This document shows positions 47,672 through 56,827 of a stretch of 64,000 nt of DNA, piece after piece. The notes under the pieces were generated by a model, which was given only the letters and a program-made list of their open reading frames with translations, was not told the origin of the DNA and did not search any database. Made by a program: the position numbers and the translations under genes. The stretch spans positions 64,001-128,000 of the forward strand of contig JAYKHR010000048.1 in the NCBI GenBank assembly GCA_035285125.1, given 5' to 3'. Numbering within the stretch: the first letter of the stretch is position 1; each line of letters starts with the position of its first letter. The DNA is from Candidatus Sericytochromatia bacterium. GTDB taxonomy: Bacteria > Cyanobacteriota > Sericytochromatia > S15B-MN24 > JAQBPE01.

Positions 47672-48718
47672 ATGTCCAAAAAAGAAGAGTTTTCCCTCAA
47701 GCCCCGGCTGCATGACGGGTTGCTGGTGCTGGACGCCCAGAACCGGGTGGCCCGCCACAACCGCGCCTTGCTCAGTGCGTTGGCCGACCCGCCTCGCGAC
47801 GACGCGTGGGAGCGGGTCGAGGCGCTGCTCGCGGAGCCCAGCGTGCTGGAGCTGATTGCCAGGGCCCGGCAAGGCGAGGACCCTGGCAGCTTGGAGCTGT
47901 TCGACCCCGCCTGGCTCCAGGGGCGGACCATTGCCATCAGCGCCATCGGACACGGGGACGAGGTGATCGTGGGTGTGCACGACTGGACGGCCGTCTACAA
48001 GCTCGGCACGATGCAACAGGACTTCGTGGCGAACGTGAGCCACGAGCTTCGCACCCCCCTGACGGCCATCCGAATGGCCGCGGAATCGCTCCATATGGGG
48101 GCCATGAAGGACGAGCGCATGCGCGCCAAGTTCCTGAACAACATCGAGGGCGAGGCCGATCGGTTGACCCGGCTGGTCAACGAGTTGCTGACGGTGGCGA
48201 ACCTGATGGGCCGCCCGGTGCTGCACATGTCCCAGTTCGACGTGCAGACCCTTGCCGAGCAGGTCGAGGCCACGCTCCAGCACCACGCGAAGTTGGCCAG
48301 CGTGACGCTGCTCGTGAATTGCCCCGAAGAGGTGCCCCCGATCGAGGCCGACCGGGACCGGTTGCAACAGGTGCTGATCAACCTGGTGGACAACGCGATC
48401 AAGTTCACGCCCGCCAGCGGGACCGTCACGCTCGACATCAGCAGCGAGAAGGGCGGCAGCGAGGTGCGTTGCCGGGTGATCGACTCGGGCATCGGCATTC
48501 CTCCCATCGACCTGCCCCGCATCTTCGAGCGCTTCTATCGCGTCGATAAGGCCCGCTCTCGCGTGACCGGCGGGGTCGGCCTGGGGCTGTCGATCGTCAA
48601 GGACATCATCGAGGCCCACCACGGTAAGATTGCGGTTTCCAGCGAGGTCAACCGGGGCACCACCTTCACGATCGACCTCCCCGTGAGGCAACCCGCCCCG
48701 GACCCGGCGGCCGTCTGA
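47672..48718 (+). CDS. Cytoplasmic sensor histidine kinase (PhoR-like; PAS-like, HisKA, HATPase)
   Basis: DFVANVSHELRTPLT, NLVDNAIKF, DSGIGIP, FERFYRVDKARSR..GG.GLGL. Confidence 0.93.
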   Translation: MSKKEEFSLKPRLHDGLLVLDAQNRVARHNRALLSALADPPRDDAWERVEALLAEPSVLELIARARQGEDPGSLELFDPAWLQGRTIAISAIGHGDEVIVGVHDWTAVYKLGTMQQDFVANVSHELRTPLTAIRMAAESLHMGAMKDERMRAKFLNNIEGEADRLTRLVNELLTVANLMGRPVLHMSQFDVQTLAEQVEATLQHHAKLASVTLLVNCPEEVPPIEADRDRLQQVLINLVDNAIKFTPASGTVTLDISSEKGGSEVRCRVIDSGIGIPPIDLPRIFERFYRVDKARSRVTGGVGLGLSIVKDIIEAHHGKIAVSSEVNRGTTFTIDLPVRQPAPDPAAV

Positions 48719-48949
48719 GGCAACGCCTCGCCAAGCAAGGGAACCCCCGACGGCTCTTGGTGACGTGTTCTCAGCTAGCGGGTATAGCGGGCTTGGGTCA
48801 TGCAGGGCGTGGCTGGGGCCCTGGTCCCAGCGCCCGTCCGCGTGTGATGCCCGTCCTTGATCACGAGACGCACAGGCGCTATCTTGCTGCTCAGGCGTGG
48901 CCGCGCGCGTTCGTGGCCTCCCAAACCCGCGCCCCGAGGAGTTCCCGCC

Positions 48950-50638
48950 ATGACCATCCTGCGGTCTGCCCGCCCCCACCTGTCGCTGCTCGCGGCGTTC
49001 ACGCTGGCCACGGCCACGGCTGGCTGTGCCGCGTTCGATCCGAACCCCGGGGTGCTGAGGGGCGCAGCGCCCGCCGGCAAGGCACCGGGAGGTTCGACGG
49101 GTGGAGCGCCGGCCGCGCAGCCGGGCAGCTTGTCGCCCAAACTCGAGGGCCTTGCCAGCGTGGGCAAGCAACCGATGGCAAACGCCCAAGTGCGCGTGTT
49201 CAACGCGGCGACCAACCGCTCCGTACCGCTGGTGGCCGCTGGTGGCCTCAACTACGGCCTCCGGCAGGTGGGAGCCACCACCGACACGAAGGGGCTCTTC
49301 ACCTTCCAGATGCCCTCGCCTCGCGTGGGTGACGTGTTCCGCGTGGTCGTGAGCGACGGCAAGCGGTCGGTGACGACGCTTGTCGCTGCCATCCAGGAAC
49401 CCGGCGCGAGCGGCGTGCGCTACGCCACCATTTCGGCGCTGAGCGAGGGCACCAGCGGCGTGGCGAACGATGGCTTCCGCTTCGCGGTGGACCCGACGAC
49501 GACGCTCGCGGACAACAGCGTCAAGGACCTGATCCTGCTGTCGCAGTCCCTCACGGACGAAGCGGAGGGCAAGCTGCTAGATGAGGTCCTCAACAAGAGC
49601 GCCGACTTCGCCGACCAGCTCGGGAGGAACTTCACCTCGACCGAGCTCTCCAAGCTGTCCGAGAAGGTCGATCCGAGCAACGGCAAGCTTCCTTCCGACG
49701 TGCTGGGCGACGCGATGTCCCGCGCCGGCCTCGAGCGTGTCTTCAAGCAGACGGTGGCCGAGTCTCTGCAGGTGCTCTCCGACCTGCGCCAGGTCGCGAG
49801 CAACGTCGACAGGACAGTCGAAACCACGATCCGCACCCAGGACCTCGACGTCCTGTCCGAGGCGGGCTTCAAGGTTGATCTGGCCGGCACGTCCATCTCC
49901 ATCGAGGGCAACGGCATCGACTTCTCGTTCACGGTGCCTGATGCCGTGGAGCCCCCGCCCGACAGCACGCTGCCGCCGGACCTGCCCGTCCAGGACCCGC
50001 CGGTCGTGGTCGAGGACGAGGAGGCCGAGGCCAACGTGGCCCGTCCTGGCGCCCCGTTGGGCACGGACACGACGAAGTTCAACCCCCTGGTCAAGATGTC
50101 CCACGCCAACGGCGTGCTCAACCTCGAAGTTAGCCAGGCAGCCGGCCAGCAGGACGTCGACACCATCGTCGCGCGCATCTCGAAGTCCCTCACGGGGGCC
50201 AGCTTCAGCGCCCCCACCGTGGGCCTGGCGCTGGCGACGGGCACCAGCAACGCGATTCCCGCGACCGGCACCCACACCATCGAGGCCGTGAGCACCACCA
50301 ACGCGGCACCGGTGGCCGTGAGCCAGCGCATGGGCGGCTTCTCGTTGACGTCCCCGGCCAGCGTCGGGCACTGGAAGTTCAACGACACCGTGATCGCCCT
50401 GGTGCAGGTCTTCGACCGGACGGACCATGTCTACGTCACGATGAGCTACCGCCTGAACGATGCCGTGACGAGCAACGGCGGCCACCTGACGACGATGAAT
50501 GTGGCGGGCGCCGTCCTGGCCCTCTCGACCTCGAAGCTGGCCTCGTCGGAGGCTCTGCCCAACGGCTCCGTGGACATCGACATCTTCTCGCGCGCCGGCA
50601 ACATGATGGAGTACAGCGAGCACATCGACGCGCAGTAA
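48950..50638 (+). CDS. Hypothetical lipoprotein
   Basis: GAGGAG RBS, ATG at 48950, hydrophobic leader with TAG-C lipobox, strong GC bias at third codon positions. Confidence 0.75.
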   Translation: MTILRSARPHLSLLAAFTLATATAGCAAFDPNPGVLRGAAPAGKAPGGSTGGAPAAQPGSLSPKLEGLASVGKQPMANAQVRVFNAATNRSVPLVAAGGLNYGLRQVGATTDTKGLFTFQMPSPRVGDVFRVVVSDGKRSVTTLVAAIQEPGASGVRYATISALSEGTSGVANDGFRFAVDPTTTLADNSVKDLILLSQSLTDEAEGKLLDEVLNKSADFADQLGRNFTSTELSKLSEKVDPSNGKLPSDVLGDAMSRAGLERVFKQTVAESLQVLSDLRQVASNVDRTVETTIRTQDLDVLSEAGFKVDLAGTSISIEGNGIDFSFTVPDAVEPPPDSTLPPDLPVQDPPVVVEDEEAEANVARPGAPLGTDTTKFNPLVKMSHANGVLNLEVSQAAGQQDVDTIVARISKSLTGASFSAPTVGLALATGTSNAIPATGTHTIEAVSTTNAAPVAVSQRMGGFSLTSPASVGHWKFNDTVIALVQVFDRTDHVYVTMSYRLNDAVTSNGGHLTTMNVAGAVLALSTSKLASSEALPNGSVDIDIFSRAGNMMEYSEHIDAQ

Positions 50639-50651
50639 GCGGGTTCCCTCC

Positions 50652-51506
50652 GTGCGCCGCGCACCTCGAGGATGGGTCCTCGCCGTCTGCCTGCCATTGG
50701 CGCTCGGCGCCTGCACGCAGGGCCTGCCGACCACGTCTGAGGCAGCGCTGGGCCTGGCGGACTTCGCCGATGTGGACCGCTTGCCGGCGCCCGCCCAGGC
50801 CCTGCCTGACACGGCGGCCACGGGGCCGGTCGCTCCGGCCACGACGGGTCCCGTCGAGCCCGCCCAAGGGCCGAGCCCTCAGGAGGAGCCCCTCGCCCCC
50901 TTCGACGACGAGCGCCACCGGGACCTCGAGCAGCCGACGCGCTTCACCCCCGTGCTCAGCCTGTTGTTCGATGAGGTCCGGGCGAACGGGCTGCCCACGG
51001 CCACGCTCGACATCTACCAGGTCAAAGGAGAGCTCGAGGTCCGCGAACTGCGCGTCCTGCTGGAGCGGGCCACGTTCCGTTACGAACGCTTGAAAGCAGG
51101 CACCCGGCTGGGGGACGGGCGGCTCGACATCGGCACTCCGCCCAAGATGAGCCTCCCAGCCTCAATCACGGTCACGGAGACGGATGGGGCCACCTATGCC
51201 CTGGCGGCCGTCAAGGCCAGCAACCTGCTGGCATCCGTGTACGTGGCGGACCTCCGCATCAAGCAGCAGGGCGGCCATCTCTCCGTCGTCAGCATCTCGA
51301 ACTTCTCGCGCGGCAACGATCGCCACGGCCAGCGCACGACGGACGCCTCGGCGCGGATCGTCCAGCGGATCTTCCCGGGCTACTTGCAGGTACCCGGCGA
51401 AAGTGGCGGCATGCGGACGCGCATCCTGGCCTACAGCGAGCCCGATCCCACCACGTCCAAGGAGGCGGTGCGGGTCTACAGGCAGACCGTCGGGGTGGCC
51501 CCCTAA
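50652..51506 (+). CDS. Hypothetical lipoprotein
   Basis: MRRAPRGWVLAVCLPLALGA-C lipobox; 13 bp after the previous gene. Confidence 0.72.
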   Translation: MRRAPRGWVLAVCLPLALGACTQGLPTTSEAALGLADFADVDRLPAPAQALPDTAATGPVAPATTGPVEPAQGPSPQEEPLAPFDDERHRDLEQPTRFTPVLSLLFDEVRANGLPTATLDIYQVKGELEVRELRVLLERATFRYERLKAGTRLGDGRLDIGTPPKMSLPASITVTETDGATYALAAVKASNLLASVYVADLRIKQQGGHLSVVSISNFSRGNDRHGQRTTDASARIVQRIFPGYLQVPGESGGMRTRILAYSEPDPTTSKEAVRVYRQTVGVAP

Positions 51507-51799
51507 CCCCCGAGCAGCGCCTCCAAACGCGCACGCAGCGTCAGCGCATCGCCCCTGACGAGCACCCGCTTCTCGCGGGCCCGCGCGCCGGAGACCAAGG
51601 CCACCTGGGCCCTCGCCACCCCCAACCACCGGGCCACCGCCGCGACGAGGGCCTCATTGGCGGCGTCATCGACGGGCGGTGCCGTGAGCCGCACCCGCAA
51701 CCGCCCCTCCACCTCACCCACGATCTGCTCCTGAGAGGCCCTGGGCTGCACCCGCACGGCCAACAGAAGCCCGCCCCCCGTTTCCTGATAACACGTCAC
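51503..51799 (-). CDS. DUF167/YggU family protein
   Basis: VRVQPRAS, LTAPPVDDAANEAL, LVSGARAREK. Confidence 0.9.
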   Translation of the reverse strand: MTCYQETGGGLLLAVRVQPRASQEQIVGEVEGRLRVRLTAPPVDDAANEALVAAVARWLGVARAQVALVSGARAREKRVLVRGDALTLRARLEALLGG

Positions 51800-51875
51800 C
51801 GCCGTGAACCCCCCTCTGGCTTGTGTCATGCCCCGATGGCTTGCCGCCACCACGTCGGACGTGTAGCTTGGCTTC

Positions 51876-52706
51876 ATGAGGCTGATTCCCCCCCCCCTGG
51901 GGCACGTGCTCCCCAAGCTCTTGCAGGTGATCGACGAGACCCGCATCACGATGCTGTCGGCTGGCGTCGCGTACTTCGTCTTCTTCTCGCTGCTGCCCCT
52001 GATGGTGCTGCTGGTGGCCGTCGGGGCGCACTTCCTGTCTCAGGAGGAGGCCATGCGACGCACCCAGGCCCTGATCGCCGAGGCCTTCCCACACCAACGG
52101 GAGCTTGTCACCTCGGTGTTGACGGGGGTGGTCGCCCAGCGCAAAGGCGCAGGCATCGCGAGCGCCCTGGCGCTGCTGTGGGGCAGCAAGAATGTGTTCG
52201 TCTCCCTGAGCCAAGCGATGAACGCGATCTGGCAGGTGCCGGGGCGTCCCTGGCTGGCCGAGACCCTGCGCGCCATCGCCGCTGCAGCCCTGGCCGGGTT
52301 GCTCGTGGGCCTGGCGGGCTCCCTGACCGCGGCCCTCCACGCCGTGATGGCCCACCCGCTGCCTCTCACGGGCCTTCGTCCGGAGGACCTGCCAGGCGTC
52401 GTGCCGCTGGTGGCAGCCATCGTGCCACCCGTCTTCACCTTCCTGCTGCTCTGCGCCCTGTACGCCTGGCTCCCGAACCGCCAGCTGCGCCTGGGCCAGG
52501 TCTGGCTCGCCGCGGCCACCGCGACCATCGTTTGGGAGGTCACGGGGATGCTGTTCGGCTTGTACCTCACGCATGTGGCCCGACTCAGCTGGGTGTACGG
52601 CTCCCTCGGGGGCATTGTGGGCCTCCTGATGTGGCTGTACGTCTCCGCCACCATCGTGCTGGCGGGCGTGGTGCTGGCCCGCGCCATGCTGGAGGCCGAG
52701 GCCTAA
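51876..52706 (+). CDS. YihY/BrkB family membrane protein
   Basis: SAGVAYFVFFSLLP, LY..LPN, YGSLGGIVGLLMWLY.SA. Confidence 0.92.
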   Translation: MRLIPPPLGHVLPKLLQVIDETRITMLSAGVAYFVFFSLLPLMVLLVAVGAHFLSQEEAMRRTQALIAEAFPHQRELVTSVLTGVVAQRKGAGIASALALLWGSKNVFVSLSQAMNAIWQVPGRPWLAETLRAIAAAALAGLLVGLAGSLTAALHAVMAHPLPLTGLRPEDLPGVVPLVAAIVPPVFTFLLLCALYAWLPNRQLRLGQVWLAAATATIVWEVTGMLFGLYLTHVARLSWVYGSLGGIVGLLMWLYVSATIVLAGVVLARAMLEAEA

Positions 52707-52756
52707 CCAGCAAGGAATCCCCTTGGCGTGAGCGGCTCTACGGCATTCCCGCCGTT

Positions 52757-52983
52757 GCATGTTTTCCAAATTCCCAGGTAAAAAACAGCATCTCTGCCAC
52801 ATGCCATTACAAGCAACCCCCGTGCATCGCTCTATTGGCCGCCTCGGGAGAGGGGCAGGCGCATGCCGATCAAATCAAAGAGTAATTGAGCAGCCTCTGA
52901 CGAACGAAAACCGCATGCTTTCCAAACAAAAGCGACAGCGGGCCTCTCCTGCTGGCCCAGCGGGCGCACATGTTTTATCATGT
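52757..52983. promoter_or_regulatory. Left array of 5 CATG-N6-(C/A)A(A/T)N operator-like sites
   Basis: 14-mers start at 52758, 52800, 52862, 52914 and 52969; the last is the palindrome ACATG-ttttat-CATGT next to the XRE RBS. Confidence 0.65.
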
Positions 52984-53006
52984 AGGCCTGATAAGGAGAT
53001 CTGAAC

Positions 53007-53387
53007 GTGAGCAAGCTAAGAACGTACATCACCGCACGGCGCCAAGAACTGCGCCTATCTCAGCGACAACTCGCGGCCATCTGCGAGCTGCCCCTAGGCA
53101 CCGTGGCGGGAATCGAATCTGGGCGGGAGGTCACGGCCCCCAGACCAGCCACGCTGGAAAAACTCGCCCGCGGGTTGAAGACGAGCTACGCGCGTCTCGA
53201 TGCCATGGTGAGAGGAGCCGAAGCCGAGAGCTTGGGGGCCATGCAACGGTGGGAGGAAGACTACTACTACCGAATGTTCGATCAGGTGATGACCAACCCG
53301 GCAGTCCCTGAGACGGAGCGCCTCCTGCTGCTGGCGAAGCTGCGGACCGTCTGGCAAACGCACGGCGACCACGACCTCCCCTTGTGA
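53007..53387 (+). CDS. XRE-family helix-turn-helix transcriptional regulator
   Basis: TAAGGAG RBS; RRQELRLSQRQLA..TVAGIESGR..P...TLEKLARGL. Confidence 0.9.
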   Translation: MSKLRTYITARRQELRLSQRQLAAICELPLGTVAGIESGREVTAPRPATLEKLARGLKTSYARLDAMVRGAEAESLGAMQRWEEDYYYRMFDQVMTNPAVPETERLLLLAKLRTVWQTHGDHDLPL

Positions 53388-53492
53388 AAATCCCAAATAC
53401 GTTGCACCACGCGCATTTGTGATACCTTAGCTCGCCCCAACAAGCGCCACAACCCTTCCCATGGATGGCAGGTCGGCCCAAATCGAAGCGCG

Positions 53493-53696
53493 CTTGCCAA
53501 ACCAATCAACCCAAAAAACGGGGCCCTTCATGCCGCATGCTCGTACAATCAATATGGGCCGCAGAGGAAGCGCTAGACGACGGAGTGCATGTTTTAGAGG
53601 ACTCCCGGGCGCCGCAAGCGCCCTCGGATCTGAGGCTAGCTTGTAATAGCAAGTGACCTGCTCTGGGCAAAAACCTGAAATCTTGTAACAACATGC
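53493..53696. promoter_or_regulatory. Right array of 5 CWTG-N6-CAWN operator-like sites
   Basis: 14-mers start at 53493, 53536, 53588 (weak right arm), 53640 and 53682. Confidence 0.62.
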
Positions 53697-54020
53697 AAAA
53701 CCCCAAACCGCACCACAAAGCGATTTAAAGACATACATGCCGCCGAAGGGTTTGACCATTGCCACCTCCGGGCCAGTGATGTTCGGCCCCGGCCTCCTGC
53801 CCTTCCCGCGCCGGATGAGCCCCCCTCGGCCGCATGTTCGAGCCGGCTTCCGGGGCGGAACCCGGCAGCGCCCCCTCGCGGCGCTGCCGGGTCACGCCCC
53901 CACCTCAGCACGGTGAGCAGGACCTCCTTGGGACATCGGTGTCGCCGCCGTGGCCCTCTATCGCTCGACGGGTACAATGAGGCGGTCTGGACCATCTCGG
54001 AGCCCCGCTGGAGAGCTGAC

Positions 54021-54428
54021 ATGACCCCGCCCATCCGCATCCTGATCGGAAAGCCCGGCCTCGACGGTCACGATCGCGGGGCCAAGGTGGTCGCCCGCGC
54101 CCTGCGGGACGCGGGGATGGAGGTCATCTACACGGGCCTGCACCAGCGCCCGGAGGACATCGTGCACGCGGCCATCCAGGAAGATGTGGATGCCGTCGGC
54201 CTGAGCCTGCTGTCCGGCGCTCACCTGACCCTGGTGCCGGAGATATGTCGCCAGCTGCGCGCGGAGGGGGCAGGCGACGTGCTCGTGTTCTGCGGCGGCA
54301 TCATCCCCGAGGAGGACGAGGAGGCCCTCCGGGCGGCCGGCGTCCACGCCGTCTACGGCCCCGGGACGGCGACGGATGCGATCGTGGATGCCATCAGACA
54401 GGCCGTCGCGACACGCCAGGCATCTTGA
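54021..54428 (+). CDS. Cobalamin-binding small subunit of a methylmalonyl-CoA mutase family enzyme
   Basis: [12 protein letters not shown] (DxHxxG), EVIYTGL, AIQEDVD, GGIIP. Confidence 0.95.
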   Translation: MTPPIRILIGKPGLDGHDRGAKVVARALRDAGMEVIYTGLHQRPEDIVHAAIQEDVDAVGLSLLSGAHLTLVPEICRQLRAEGAGDVLVFCGGIIPEEDEEALRAAGVHAVYGPGTATDAIVDAIRQAVATRQAS

Positions 54429-54539
54429 AGGACACAAGCCCGTCGACCTTGTTGCCTATATAAGGCAAGGTTACGGTCGCCCCGCTGACCAATCGAACCC
54501 AGTTCCAGGGTCCATGCCCGCTCGGAGGACACGATAGCC

Positions 54540-55823
54540 ATGTCTGACGCCTTCCCCTCGCCCCTCCAGCCCCCGGTCGGTCCGCGCCTGGGCACACCCT
54601 CGGCCGCAGCCACGGTGCCCGGCGCGGCCCCTGTCGTGCCCACCATCCCCGTGGCGCCGCCCCCCGACAGCATGCAGCTGACGGCGATGCCAGCGGCAGT
54701 CGCCCCACAGAACCCGGCCGCGATCCGGGCAGAGCTCGCGAGCCTGCAGGCCGACCTGGCCAGGCTCGGCCAGCAGGTGGAGGCCATGATCGCGCGGATC
54801 GACACCCTCCCAGCCCCGGCGGCCGCGACCGCCGGGCCGGCCCAGGCCCCGATGCTCGCGCCGCTGCCGCCTGCGGTGCCGCAATCCCCGGCCCCCCAGA
54901 TGGCCGGCGCCGACGCGGCGCCACAGGCCGCGGCGGCCGGCGGCTCCCACGACGTGAAGGCCGGCGACTTCCTCTGGAAGATCGCAGCCGAACAGCTCGG
55001 GGACTCGGGTCGGTGGCCCGAGATCTACGCCCTCAACAAGGACGTGATCGGAGACAACCCGAACCTGATCCTGCCGGGCCAGAAGCTCCGACTGCCCGCT
55101 CGCACGGGCGCCACCCCCGGTGCCCCGCTCCCCCCACCGCCCGGCGCGACCCAGCCACCAGCATCGACTCAGCCACCCCTGGCGCCTCCCGCGACGCTGC
55201 CGCCCCCCGTCATCGCCCCGCCTCAGGCCGCTCCGCACCCCCCCGTGCAGGGCACGCCGGACGTGCCTGTCCCCGCCAGCAGCCGCCAGGTGCAGGACGC
55301 AGAGGCCCTCCGCGTGGCTCAGGAGTTCGGGCTTTCCCCCGCGAACGCGCCGCTCACGCCCGCCCTCAAGGCGAATGTCGCGCAATTCCTCGACGAGATG
55401 GCGGCCTACGAAGGCAGCCAGCGCGGCAAGGTCTTCGGCCCTGGTATGGAGGCGCTGGCCGCCAGCCCGCAGGAAGCCGAGCAGATTCGGGCCAGCGTAA
55501 AGCAGATCCAGCAGGCCCTCGAGCTGCTGATCAAGGCCGGCAAGCTTCGCGTGGCCGACGCCCAGGGACGGCCTGTGACCGCCCTGCCCGCGACGGGCTC
55601 CTTCTTCCAGGTGGACGCGCAGGGCAAGGAGCGCAAGGATGCGGCCGGCAACCCCGTGATGGACGAGGCGCTCGTCGCCGCCGTGACCCAGTTCAAGCAG
55701 AGCCAGGGCATCCACCAAACCTACAGGCTGGCAGACGGCACGTTCGCGATCAACGAGTACGTCGGCCCCGCCACGGTGGAGGCCCTGAAGATGGCGCTGA
55801 CGGCGTTGCAGCAGCAACGCTGA
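54540..55823 (+). CDS. Pro-rich LysM domain protein with a C-terminal peptidoglycan-binding-like segment
   Basis: HDVKAGDFLWKIA..LGDSGRWPEIYALN..IGDNPNLILPGQKL; C-terminal AVTQFKQSQGI..VGPAT.EAL. Confidence 0.82.
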   Translation: MSDAFPSPLQPPVGPRLGTPSAAATVPGAAPVVPTIPVAPPPDSMQLTAMPAAVAPQNPAAIRAELASLQADLARLGQQVEAMIARIDTLPAPAAATAGPAQAPMLAPLPPAVPQSPAPQMAGADAAPQAAAAGGSHDVKAGDFLWKIAAEQLGDSGRWPEIYALNKDVIGDNPNLILPGQKLRLPARTGATPGAPLPPPPGATQPPASTQPPLAPPATLPPPVIAPPQAAPHPPVQGTPDVPVPASSRQVQDAEALRVAQEFGLSPANAPLTPALKANVAQFLDEMAAYEGSQRGKVFGPGMEALAASPQEAEQIRASVKQIQQALELLIKAGKLRVADAQGRPVTALPATGSFFQVDAQGKERKDAAGNPVMDEALVAAVTQFKQSQGIHQTYRLADGTFAINEYVGPATVEALKMALTALQQQR

Positions 55824-55844
55824 GGCCAGTTCAGCCAGCCGAGA

Positions 55845-55874
55845 CACGCCCCGGATCCCAGGACCCGGGGCGTG
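55845..55874. terminator. Hairpin between the convergent LysM and folD genes
   Basis: 10-bp stem CACGCCCCGG/CCGGGGCGTG. Confidence 0.5.
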
Positions 55875-55877
55875 CCG

Positions 55878-56747
55878 TCATGGGGGCGATGACCCGAGCC
55901 GGGTGACGTAGCTCTGCCAGGTGTTTTCCAGCAAGGCTGCGATGGTCATGGGGCCGACGCCGCCGGGAACGGGCGTGAGCCAGCCGGCCACGTGCGCCAC
56001 CTCAGGGTGAACGTCCCCCACGACGGAGCCGTCGGGGACGCGGTTGATGCCGACGTCGACCACCGCAGCCCCGGGCCGCACCATCTCAGCCGTCACGAGG
56101 AGGGGCCGTCCGACGGCTACCACCAGCAGCTCCGCGTGCCTGGTCAGGTCAGCCAGGTCACGGCTGCGAGAGTGCGCCACGGTGACGGTGGCATCGGCCT
56201 CGACGAGCAGCGCCGCCAACGGCTTGCCCACGATCGCGCTGCGCCCCAGCACCACGGCGCGCGTTCCAGCCAGGGGCACGTCGTGGTGCCGCAAGAGCCT
56301 CATGATCCCCGCCGGCGTGCAGGCTCGGGGGCCCGGCAGCCCCAGGACGAGGTTGCCAATGTTCAGCGGCAGGAGGCCGTCCACGTCCTTGGAGGGCGCC
56401 AGCCCCGCGAGCACGACGTGGGGATCCATGTGAGATGGAAGGGGGAGCTGCACGAGGATGCCATCAACCCCAGGGTCAGCGCTCAGAACCGCGACATGGG
56501 CCGCCACCTCGCCTTCGGACAGGGTCTCGGGCAGGTGGATGGATCTGGAGTCGAAGCCGGCCTGTTCACAGGCCCGGTGCTTGTTGCGAACATAGACGGT
56601 CGACGCCGCCACCTCGCCCACCTGAACCACGGCAAGGCAGGGGGGCCTGGAGCCGAGAGGCCTCTGCGCCACGAGGCGCGCGAGGTCCTCTCGAATCCGG
56701 CCTGCGAGGGCCTTGCCATCAAGCACGGTGGCGACAGAAGACATCAT
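55878..56747 (-). CDS. folD: Bifunctional methylenetetrahydrofolate dehydrogenase/cyclohydrolase
   Basis: YVRNK, GILVQLPLP, KDVDG, GRS.IVGKP, TPVPGGVGPMT. Confidence 0.97.
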   Translation of the reverse strand: MMSSVATVLDGKALAGRIREDLARLVAQRPLGSRPPCLAVVQVGEVAASTVYVRNKHRACEQAGFDSRSIHLPETLSEGEVAAHVAVLSADPGVDGILVQLPLPSHMDPHVVLAGLAPSKDVDGLLPLNIGNLVLGLPGPRACTPAGIMRLLRHHDVPLAGTRAVVLGRSAIVGKPLAALLVEADATVTVAHSRSRDLADLTRHAELLVVAVGRPLLVTAEMVRPGAAVVDVGINRVPDGSVVGDVHPEVAHVAGWLTPVPGGVGPMTIAALLENTWQSYVTRLGSSPP

Positions 56748-56827
56748 CCCTCCTGCGGGCAGCACAGCAACACGTGCCCATCATACCGTGGACCTGCTGC
56801 CCCGCGGGGTCAGGCGGATGCCGTCCG

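Noticed and set aside
52757..53740. Degenerate CRISPR array or tracrRNA (GTTTTAGAG at 53591, AATAGCAAGT near 53645)
   Set aside because: The repeats are only about 14 bp, degenerate and variably spaced, and no cas gene is present. The Cas9-like words are short and probably chance matches.
53427..53765. Small ORFs in the right-hand array region
   Set aside because: Atypical codon usage, no recognisable motif, and mutually overlapping frames; better explained as non-coding DNA.
52707..53800. Canonical oriC or mobile element remnant
   Set aside because: No TTATCCACA DnaA boxes, integrase, transposase, terminal inverted repeats or target duplication were seen.
53760..54020. Cobalamin riboswitch upstream of the B12-binding subunit
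   Set aside because: The conserved core (GGGAA..CCCCGC/AACTGT..GCCACTG B12 box) could not be identified in the sense orientation.
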